Positions 53,640-64,000 of a stretch of DNA of 64,000 bases are shown in pieces. The translations under genes and the position numbers were made by a program. The first letter of the stretch is position 1. Each line of letters starts with the position of its first letter. The notes under the pieces were generated by a model that worked only from the letters and a program-made list of their open reading frames with translations, was not told where the DNA came from and ran no database searches. Source of the DNA: the human T2T-CHM13v2.0 reference genome, Homo sapiens; assembly GCF_009914755.1 (NCBI RefSeq), contig NC_060930.1; one strand, written 5' to 3'.

Positions 53640-56300
53640 TATTGGCATTTATAGAAAATTCCTCCAGACAGCAGCAAAGTATATCTTTAAATTGAAATAT
53701 TTCCCAAGATAGCTGATAGTCTGTGCCATAGACTAAACCTTAAACATGAAAAAAGAGTAGAAAACAAGCAAAGTATGTTCTGAAACCATAATGAAATTAA
53801 CTGAAAATAAACAAAAATATATCTGGAAAATCTCTGAATATATGGCAAATAAACAACACACTTCTAAATGAATGATGGGTCAAAACTGAAGTCTTACACT
53901 AAACTAAAAATATTTTGAATCAAAAATTAAAATACAATATATCAAAATTATCAGGATGCAGCTAAGCAGTGCTTTGAGGGAAATGTAGAGTACTAAGTGC
54001 TTGTAATAGAAATCAGGAAACACCTAAAATCAGTAATATTACAAACATCTCTATGCCCAAAAGGAAACAACTTACATGAAAATTAAAAATGTTTCTACCT
54101 GTAATAATGAACATTTGGAATTTGAATTTTAAAAAAAATGTCATTTGCACAACATGGCTGGGCCTGGAGGACATGATTCTATGTGAAATAACCCAGACAC
54201 AGAAAGAAAACAATTGAATGATCTCACTTATATGTGAGATATTTTTTTAAAAACCCTCAAACACACAGAGACAGAGTGTGTAACAGTGTTTCCATGGGTG
54301 GGGGTTGCAAGAGGACATGGGGGGATGTAGGTCAAAGGGATCAAAATATCATAGAAGGTAGGTGGGACAACAGTTCCGGAGACTGGATGCACAACGTGAG
54401 GGCCAAACTTCATAAAATTATACCATGTTAAGGATTTTTGTTAAATAAGTAGATTTTAGCTGCCTTTGTCACAAAAAATATGTGAGATAATAGATATGTT
54501 AATCTGTTTCACCACTGTAACCATTTTACCATCTATATTTCATAGCATCATGTTGTAAACCTCAAATATACACAATACTATTTAAAAGGCACTAAATCGT
54601 ACTAAAATAAATGAAGCATTAGGTATAAATATAACAAAATAGGTGCAGCGTCTGTATGCTGAAAACTACAAAACACTGATGAAAGAAGGAAGAAATATCT
54701 AAGTAAATGAAGAAATATGCAGTTTCATGGATTTGAGGCTTAATATTTCAAAGATGTCCATTCTCCCATTTTCCCTGATTTGAGCAATGCAATCTCAATA
54801 AAATTCCAGCAAGTCTACTTTGTAAATAACAACAAGCTGAATCAAAATTCATGTAGAAAGGCAAAGAAACTATAATAATCACAAAAATTCTGCAAGAAAA
54901 ACAAAACAAAATTCTGGAAAATGAACAAAACAACAAAAGTAAAGTACTCACATAACTTGATTTTAAGACACTATAACGTGACAGTAAACAATAAAATGTG
55001 GCATTGGCACTGGGATAGGCAATCAATGGAACAAAAGTAAGAATAGAGAAATTGACTCAGACATATATTGACAAGTGACTTTTGGCATAGGTACAAGTCA
55101 TGTTAGGAAAGAAAGAGAATCCTTTCAGTTAATTGTGTTGGAACATTTGATATGCAAATGTCCCAAATAGGACCAATATATACCTTTTCCATATACAAAC
55201 ATTAATTCATAGTGGATTATAGATTTGAATGTAAAATGCAAAACCATACAACTTCTAGAAAAAAAACATAACAGAAAAGCTGCATGGCTTTGGTTTTGGT
55301 GGTGAGTTTTAAGATACAGTACCAAAAGCATGCTCAATGAAAGAAGAATTTTTAAAATTTGACTTTAACAAAATTTAAAGTGTTTGCTTTGCAAACGACC
55401 TGTAAATATGGTAAAAAAGCAAGCCACAGACTTGGAGCTATTACTTGCAAATTTCATATTTGATAAAGTACTTATATCCAGAATTTTTTCTCTCTCTCCC
55501 TATTACCCTCAAGTACTACTAAAGTTAAAGCTTAAAATAAAATTGACAACACCAAATGTCGATAGGCATGTGAAACCACAAGAATTCCCATTGCTGGTGG
55601 GAATACAAAAGTAGTATTCTACTTGGACGTCCACACCCCCTGGATCACAGATTGCCCATTTCTTATAAAGATAAACATACAATCATCTCATGGCCCACAA
55701 AGTCCTGTCCTAGATGTTTATCTAAGTGAATGGAAAACTGTGTTCACACAAAAAACAATTTGCAGATGTCTATAACAGTTTTATTCATAACACCTCAAAC
55801 TGGAAACAACCAAGTTGTCCTTCAACACGAGTGGAGAAACAGACTGTGGTGTGTTCACACGACGTAAGGCTACTCAACAGTGAAAGGAGTGAGTAACCGA
55901 CTCACAGGATGTAGATGAATCTTAACTGCATTTTGGTAAGTGAAAAAGGCAGCACCCAAAGGCTGCATATTACATGTTCCACTTATATAACATCCTGGAG
56001 GAGGCAAAAATGTAGGAACGGAAAAGGGGGCAGGGCTTCTAAGGGTTTGGGGATGGGTTGATGAGTGATGGAACTGTTCTGTGTGGTAGTGGGTGGAAGA
56101 TTTTTGACTGCATTTCTGTGTTGTGGAAAGACATGGAAAAGCTAAAAAGTCAAATTTATCGTATGCAAAGTAAATAAAAACTCAACTAGGATTTGAGGAA
56201 ATCTCAAACTAGAAGGATGACTGTGACAAATGAATCTAACTGATTACAAATGATGACACAACTCAGAAATGTTGCTCCAGAATCAGAGAAGAGAAGTGTG
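53640..56300 (+). mobile_element. old L1MC/MD ORF2-3'UTR segment
   Basis: gtatgctgaaaactacaaaacactgatgaaaga; aaactggaaacaaccaagttgtccttcaac. Confidence 0.8.
54130..54585 (+). mobile_element. L1MA/MB 3' end nested inside the older L1
   Basis: gtcatttgcacaacatggctgggcctggaggacatgattctatgtgaaataacccagacacagaaag ... catgttgtaaacctcaaatatacacaat; host ORF2 text resumes after it. Confidence 0.75.
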
Positions 56301-57739
56301 AATCTGGTGGGGAACTCAGCCGGGCAGGCTGGGAGCTGTCAGGCCAGCCACTTGGTGGTGCCAGAGGACCTCCAATAGAAGCTTGCACATGATTTTACAT
56401 AATTTACCCAGACAGCAAAGAAGGCTCAGCCACTGCACTCAATCAATACCAGTGAGGACACTGCCACACTTGCTGAACACAACCCTGGAGCACGTCTACA
56501 GGTCAACAGCATGACACCGATAAAACTGAAAAATGGAAAAAGCACAGGAGCCCGAGCCTCTACACACAGAACCTGGGCCCCTTTTTGAATTTCATATGAC
56601 TACACTGTATAATGAGTTTTGACTGTGTCCTGGTCATTGTTTAATTTTTCTCAGAATTTACTTGGAGTTTTACTGGTTGGAGATTTATGGACTGTATGGT
56701 AGAGAAAGCAAACATATAAATAAGCATAATTATGCTGGCTCCCAATGTAAAGAATGAATTCATTGTTCTAGTTTTGCTGGAGTTGTCACTGAAGAGCTCT
56801 GAAAGAAGCCTTCTGCCTGCTCAGAACCTTGAGGCATCCAGTGGCACCACAGAGCTAAAGCCATCCAAAGCATCTGGCGTAGCTTCCCTGGTAAAGATGT
56901 CACACTAGTCTCATGAGTCCACACTCCCTGAGAGCCCTATAAACTCTCACCATGTGAAACTATCACAGGTTCGCCATTATGCAAAGTATTTACCCCAAAA
57001 TTTCAACTTTATCTTACTTCAGGCAGACATAGAAGAGGTACTTCCAAAGGTTCATGCAGTGTACTTAGGCTCATGGTCAATCAGCGCAGGCTGCCTTTTC
57101 TCCATGGCTCCGAAGCAGCTTCCACTAGACCTAAGACCTGGAAATGTTGTCTTATAAGAAAAGATGAAAAGAAAAAACATGCCCTAGATTCACATGGAAG
57201 GAAGACCATACTTTGCTTTTGGCCACTAGTCCACAATTAACCTGAGAGTTATGTCACCCAGGTACAACACCTGGTCCCCTGTCCCGTCAGAAACATTTAC
57301 AGCAAAGATAGTCAGGAATGTACCAGAGCAGATGATGTTCTGGAGAACCCAAATTACGCAGATGAAGACAACTTATTTCAAAAGAAAGAGAAAATTGTGA
57401 GAAGTGAAGTTTCCGCCAATACCCACTGCAAGTGTGCCAGATGACTGGCTCTAGAGTGTCATCCTCGAATCTGGGGGCTTTCCTTCCCTGTTTTCCTGGG
57501 CATTTTCTTGGCATGTTGCCTACGTATGGTTCTTTTCTGTTAACAGGCACCTGCTGCCTCTCAGCAATGGTGTCTATAATGTTCCTCCCCCTACTATTAT
57601 GAGCCACTAGCTCATCCCTAGTGGCTTCTTGTCATGAGTCTAATTTCTGGTTTGATATTCTCACAATGGGGCTCATTCTGACAATCAGAATCACTCCTAG
57701 GCTTGGTCTCACTGTCTCTGTGCGATAGCCAGACTCTTG

Positions 57740-58110
57740 GTATCAGTGTCTTGTGACATATACGTTGGTTTTCTGTGTAATTTTACTCAAACATGAAGTG
57801 ACATTTTGCATGAAACTCTAATATTTGTTTCAAGGCATTCCTATAACTCAGTTTATCAAGACAGTTTGTTTATCTGTGCAAACTTCTCTCTATCAGGACA
57901 ACATGTTGCTAATCTGAGCAAAAAGTTCATTTACCAAGTAGCAATGTTCTTGTGAAGGCTCACTTCGAAACTCTTGTCTTCTGTCCACAAACCTTACAAG
58001 ATCACACCACAGGCTTTACCCAATCCTAATCAATTTTCATCTTAAAAGAATCACCGAAACCTACCATTTATTCTAACAAACTTGATAATCCACACTTCAT
58101 CCTGATAAAA
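57740..58110. mobile_element. possible old ERV1 LTR fragment
   Basis: tttgtttatctgtg...ctttacccaatcctaatcaa...ttaaaagaatcac resembles MER31/MER110-class LTRs. Confidence 0.3.
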
Positions 58111-58342
58111 ACGTTAATTCAGGAAATTCTTCTGGCACAGACTGGGGTCTCCGTATCTTTCTCCCTCCAATCATGATCCCGGCTCTTCCGGGATCCCATC
58201 TCTGTTGGTGAGGAGTCACTGGGGCTCTGGGAGCCCTGGAAAGACTTGGGACTTTAAAAGCTGAAGATTCTTAAGAAGCTACAATGTATATTATTTGTTG
58301 TTTTATTTTATTGACTGGTTCTCATAGCATACATATGTATGA

Positions 58343-58851
<509 letters not shown>

Positions 58852-59054
58852 TATAGTAAGTTTAACAGCTGGAATTCCAACCTTGTGAAGCATTGATAAG
58901 AACTGGAAAAAAAAAAATTCAGAAGAGTAACTTAAACACATATAAAATGCAAATCCCCATGGAAGTGTATTAACTAGACATTACTTACTAGATTTCATTA
59001 AATTCCGGTAGATCTAAACATATTGCAATTACATGCACTGATATATTTTTGGAA

Positions 59055-59325
59055 ACTGAATATTTTAATAGCTTTGTTGAAATATAATTAATAAACCGTA
59101 CATGCCAGTTAGTATAGTCTCAGTGCTGTGCAACCACAACCACAAGGTAATTTTAGAACATTTTTACTCTGAAAGGAACCCCATACCCGTCAGCAGCCAT
59201 TCTCTTGCCTGCCACCTCCCTCCACCAGTCCCTGGCCACCACCAATCTACTCGATGTCTCCATGGGTTTGCCTGTTCTAAAACTTTCATATAAACAGAAT
59301 TATAGAATATGTGGTCTTTTAAAAA
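59055..59325 (-). mobile_element. L1MB/ME 3' end fragment
   Basis: gtgcaaccacaaccacaaggtaattttagaacattttt...aaaggaaccccatacccgtcagcagccattctc. Confidence 0.8.
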
Positions 59326-60029
59326 TTCCTTCAAACTCTGTATTTTCCCTAAGCATATATCTAACTGAATTTATGAAACTTTTGCAATAATTTTAAAGGA
59401 AAGTTTTGAGTTACTTATTTTCAGAAATGGTAATATTCAATTTTTTTTAATTCTACACAGAAATAAATATCTTTGAAAAGCTCAGCTGTTGGAAGTGAAG
59501 ATGCTTTGTCCAAATGGAGAAATAAAATTAGGATGAAGAGACGCTAATTTAACTACATTTTGTGATGGGAAAAATGCAAGACATTTATTAGGGAATCCAT
59601 TCCCGATCCTGCATAAAAGGGCACAAACTTTGGCCACAGAGTATTTTGAAGGGGATACATGATAATATTAATTAAGCATATATATGGGGCCAGATTTATA
59701 TTTTTAATAGACAAGTTAAAATACCCAAATTCATGCAAGGCATAAGAATGACAGCTTTGTGAGGAGCAAGCAAGGCCTCCAGGAAAGGGACAGGGAGAGA
59801 AAGTGGGAAGCGGATGGAGGTTGGGCTGAGGCCCTGGTCTCTGCTCTTCCCTCCTCCCCACCAGCCCGTTTCTCTTTTCCATCTTTTTCTACCCTCTATG
59901 ACAAATGAGAGTGTATCAAATTCACCTCCAAATGGGCTAATGTATTTTCCATGTCTCCTTTCACTCGGTTTAAATATAGAAACAGAGGAGTGTGGAAAGG
60001 CACTAGCCCCAGCAGAGCGGGTTGGCTTT

Positions 60030-60180
60030 GTCCCCGGGTTCACTCTTGTGTCCTGGACAGGTCACTTCAGGTCTCTGCTCCTCGGATTCCTCATTTGTGA
60101 AACACAGGCAAAAACTCAAGGATCTCCACCTTGCTGTGGTGGTGAATTAGTGGGGTAAATGCTTAGCCCAGGGCTGGCTT
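60030..60180 (+). mobile_element. MIR fragment
   Basis: ggacaggtcacttcaggtctctgctcctcggattcctcatttgtgaaa. Confidence 0.6.
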
Positions 60181-60819
60181 GCTGTACCCTCCACAATGAC
60201 TACTTGAAGTGGATCCCAGAGGCTCTTTTCTTTGCAATAAAGACAGTTTAAGAAAACGAGATTTTTAAATAACTTGTCTGCAACTTCTGCAAGAGATGAT
60301 AAGAGCATATGGTTTCTTTCTAAGCTACTTTCAGATGAACCGTAAATCTTAATGCGTTCTCCTGCACTGGAGGGAGAAGCTGCTAATGCAAGCTCAGCCC
60401 TCCTGTGCAGCTCGTAATGAGGCAGGCCCCTCAGTCCCCTCTGCTCCCCAAGACCAGCCCCACAGCTGGGCAGTTGTTGCAATGTGACACACTTGGACAC
60501 GTAGCTGAGACGTTATTTTGAAAATGAAGAACCAATATTTTTCTTACTTATAAAAGCAGTCCTGCTTCTCAAAGGAGACACCAATCCTGGAAGACCTGGG
60601 ACAAGGTAGAGAAGAGGTCTTCTCCCCTCATGCCTTCATGGAGAGGCTCATGCTGCTAGACATAGCAACCTCTGTCAGGAAATGTCGCGTCTTCAGCCCT
60701 TCACGTAGGCAGGTTTGATTCAGCGTCCTCGTGGCATTTCCTGTTCCTGCCCACTTGTGCTCGCGCACGCGCGATGGGGTCGGCCTTTCTGACATCAGCT
60801 GTCTAACCGGTAGGGAGCA

Positions 60820-61440
60820 GGGTTATTGACATCGGATGTATTTAATGTGTTTAATTTTCATCCATATATCTTCTTGGCTGATCTGTCTTTTTAACTATTT
60901 TGCCCATTTTAAATTGTCTCTTCTTTCCTATTATTGACTTTTGAGTCTTTTTAGATGTGAAGTACAAGCCATTTTTTTCAGATATATGGTTTGCAAATGT
61001 TTTCTCCAGATCTGTGGCTTATATTTTTTATTCTCTTAACAGTAGTGTCTTCTGACTAGCATATGTGCTTCACTTTGAGTATGTCCAATTTATCAGTTTC
61101 TTTTCTTTTATGGATTGTACTTTTGCTGTCAAATTTAAAATATCTTTGCCTAACTAAGGTCGCACAGATTTTTTTCCTATGATTTTTACCATAATTTCTT
61201 TTATATTCTACATTATGTTTATAATCTATTTTGGTTCCATTTTTACATAACATGAGATACAGATAAAAGTTAATTTTTTGCGTGAGATATCCAATCGTTC
61301 TAACACCATTTGTTGATAGGCTATTGTTTTTCCTCCATGGAATTTTCTCTGCACCTTTGTTGAAATGAACACACCACAGATGTGTGAGTCTATCTCTGGG
61401 TGTGGATGCGGCTCTGGTGATCTACCTCTACGTCCTTATG
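60820..61440 (-). mobile_element. old L1M ORF2 fragment
   Basis: cagatatatggtttgcaaatgttttctcc; gatatccaatcgttctaacaccatttgttga. Confidence 0.8.
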
Positions 61441-61761
61441 GTAACTCCTTATTCTCAGGCCACCACAGTTGCTGCCGTGCAGAAGAGCCAAGGCCACCAG
61501 CGGCCCTGGCATTCACTCCCCTACCAGGCCTATTCCCCAGGTCTGGGTGGAATTCAGAGCCCAGGCTGCCTCTGGCCCCTTCCACCAACCCTGTGCAGAT
61601 GAGCTGGGGACCAGCCCCAGCACCGGGTGGCCGGTGGCCACAGAGATGGACTCAGCACAAAACTGCTTGGTCCTGCGCTGTGTGGAAGCCAACACCTGCA
61701 GCTGGAGGCTGGGCTCACTGTGGACTGAGATGTCTTAGGTTGCTTTAGGCTTTGGAATTAA

Positions 61762-61891
61762 CCCATTTATACCGAAGGTTGCAAATTTTTTTGTGTGAAA
61801 AATCAGACCTTGGCAATGGTTTTGAGCAGTAGGATATAAATAACTCCCACAAGCTTAGCGTTCCAATAATGGAACACTAGGCATAAATGGG
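61762..61891 (-). mobile_element. MER85 piggyBac-derived MITE, full length
   Basis: TTAA TSDs at 61758-61761 and 61892-61895; terminal inverted repeats cccatttat / ataaatggg; internal palindrome gttccaataatggaac at 61860-61875. Confidence 0.95.
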
Positions 61892-61934
61892 TTAAGGGCA
61901 TCTTTATTTCATAGTAGGCTTGTTAGGATTTTTC

Positions 61935-63312
61935 TCAGTTCATAAATTAAGGGTAGAGAAAGCACTCCTCCCCCAAGGGGAGGGTGAATTCCCACTCTTC
62001 CTCCGGGATCTTCCCTGGGAGAGGGCCCTTTTTTAGCTAGCGTGGTGGTGAGCCGGGTTAGAGGTTGTCTCTGAAGAAGTTAAGCGGTTGGTATTTCCTC
62101 CCATGTGCAGTTCTTCTGAAGCTTGGTCCTCGGGCAGGGAGGAGGCAGGTCCTCGGGCAGGGGGCAGGGAATCGAAGACCTGCGTGGTCACAGGGGAAGA
62201 GAAGAGAAAGGTCCCGGCAAGACAGTGTACATCTAGGGTCGGCTTCCAAAGGACCGGCAAGTGACAACACGGAAAATGTGAAGACAAGCCCAGGGTCATC
62301 TTCCGACTCTCCATGTGTTCGTGATGAACCGGAAGTGACGTCACCCTCTGGCATTGTCTTTCGACTCTCAGTGTTCGTGATGATCCAAAAGTGACTTCAC
62401 CCTCTGGCAACTCATCATTCCAACCCAGAGGGCCAGGCCATGAGGGGCCACGACTAAGCAGCTACATGTGTAAAGCACTCCAGATAGTGCCTGGGACGAT
62501 CAAATTACTCTAAAGTATATGTGTTGCCCATATAAACTTGTCATACTGTGGGAAATGGTACTGTGGGTTCCGACTTAGAGCCTAATTTTAAGCCTTCTGC
62601 TTCAGAATGCAAAGGAAATTCATAATAAATTCCTAACCAGTTTATAGCTGATGTCTGCTTTCAGGGAGCCTGTTTTCAATGGAGAGTCTCCCTTTGTTTC
62701 TGACCCACAGTGAGTCGAGCTCTCTCTGATTTTACACAGCAAATTGGTTCCTATGCTGTTCTTCACTTCTTAGAATCCCATCAAAAAGAACACAGAGTAA
62801 CTGCCTATAGAATCAGGTTCATTGGAGACTGGGAAAACTGGTGAAAGTCAACCAAACATAGAGGCATGGAAGAGTTATAGAAGAAGTTATACAGGAAGAT
62901 ATTCAGTTGGTCTCCACTTCTGAGATGGCTCATTTTTTAATACCTGAGTCTAAACCACATCATGTTTCTATTTTAGTTCCTTTTAGAATTAACATACCTT
63001 TATTCACGTCTGATACACTTCAGAACTTTGGCGCAAACCATCTGTTTGGGTCTTAGACTCTTTTCCTTGGACTTCCACCGGGGCTTGCCCGACGCCAGTG
63101 GACATAGAGCATGAAAAGGCTTCCTTTATTTGTCACATCCTAGTTTCCTTCTGTTTGAATTGTTGTCAGTTGATACATTAAGGGTAGAGGAAGCACTCTT
63201 CCTCCAAGGGGAGGAGAATTCCCGCTCTCCCTCTGGGTTCTTCCCTGGAGAGGGCCCTTTTTAGCGAGGAGTGGTGATGAGCAGGGTTAGAGGTCTCTCA
63301 GAGGAGGTTAAA
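61935..63312. repeat. dispersed ~150-bp direct repeat (copies ~61935-62083 and ~63166-63312)
   Basis: attaagggtagag.aagcactc...ccaaggggagg.gaattccc.ctc...tcttccctgg.agagggcccttttt.agc...gtggtg.tgagc.gggttagagg occurs twice, offset 1231 bp. Confidence 0.9.
62329..62344 (+). promoter_or_regulatory. ETS-CRE composite motif CCGGAAGTGACGTCAC
   Basis: perfect overlapping ETS (CCGGAAGTG) and palindromic CRE (TGACGTCA); function untested. Confidence 0.55.
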
Positions 63313-64000
63313 TTGGCCCTGTACTTTCTCCTCAGTAATTCCTGAGTTGCACCTCTGCATAAACACACGCAGTCTGACATGGAAGCCTGACTCGGCTGGA
63401 ATCTGATCTCACCTCTCCTCCCTGTGCACTTGCAGGGACCTCAGCCTCTGCGGGCAGCCCTTTGGGCACCAGAGCCTTTCCTGACCCGGCTCCTGGCCAC
63501 TCTCCCTAGAGGCTTTACCTAGGGGAGCTCCCTACCGTTTCCCCAGCGAGGAGGAAGCCAGGCCCCTCTTGGGAGAGGTCGGTGATCCAATCCAGGTGAC
63601 GGGGTCGGTGGAGAAGTTCTCTCAAAGAATGTATCAGACGTAAAGGTCAGGAAGTGTCTAGCATTCCGGAACACTGGGAATTGTGATGACAGCATGACTG
63701 TGTGTCCCGGGAGAAGATCTGCTCCGTGGTCTAATGGAATCTATGGTAGATGAAAGTGTCTCATAAAAGGGTTTTTTACTGAATTTGGAAAATTCATGTT
63801 TCAGCCAAATGAATCAGAAAAGACTTTCTTTTCTTTTTTTAGCCAGAAGTGTCCATATGTTTTCAGATGCACTAGCAAAGCAAAAGCACAGAAACATCAA
63901 TTTTCTAAAAGAAGGGCAAAACCACATTTTCTCCCTGGAAAAACTCAAGAGTTGAGAAAGGGAAATTGGACATGTCATTTGGGATTATACTGAGGCAAAG

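Overview
This is anthropoid-primate genomic DNA, most likely human: it carries AluY/S/J, a young L1PA, THE1, MSTA, MLT2A and MER85. It looks intergenic or deep-intronic. I found no credible protein-coding exon, RNA gene or CRISPR array; the listed ORFs are explained by tandem repeats, Alu/L1/LTR sequence or chance. The window is a mosaic of interspersed repeats (L1, L2, MIR, Alu, ERV1/ERVL/MaLR solo LTRs, hAT and piggyBac MITEs) plus an unusual density of GC-rich minisatellites (units of 21, 27, ~30, 29, 38, 49, 59 and 74 bp), typical of a distal, subtelomere-like chromosome band. Best observations: (i) two VNTRs, the 27-mer and a 3.7-kb 49-mer, apparently grew inside ancient AT-rich L1 fragments and became GC/CpG-rich, and the 49-mer has a readable block-duplication history; (ii) each unit of the 74-bp VNTR carries a 10-bp inverted repeat; (iii) a candidate regulatory module at 61.7-63.3 kb combines an intact TTAA-flanked MER85, a perfect ETS-CRE 16-mer and a dispersed ~150-bp direct repeat with kB-like sites. 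Repeat subfamily names come from recalled consensus sequences, not from a search, and boundaries of old repeats are approximate. I do not see evidence of a new multi-gene system.
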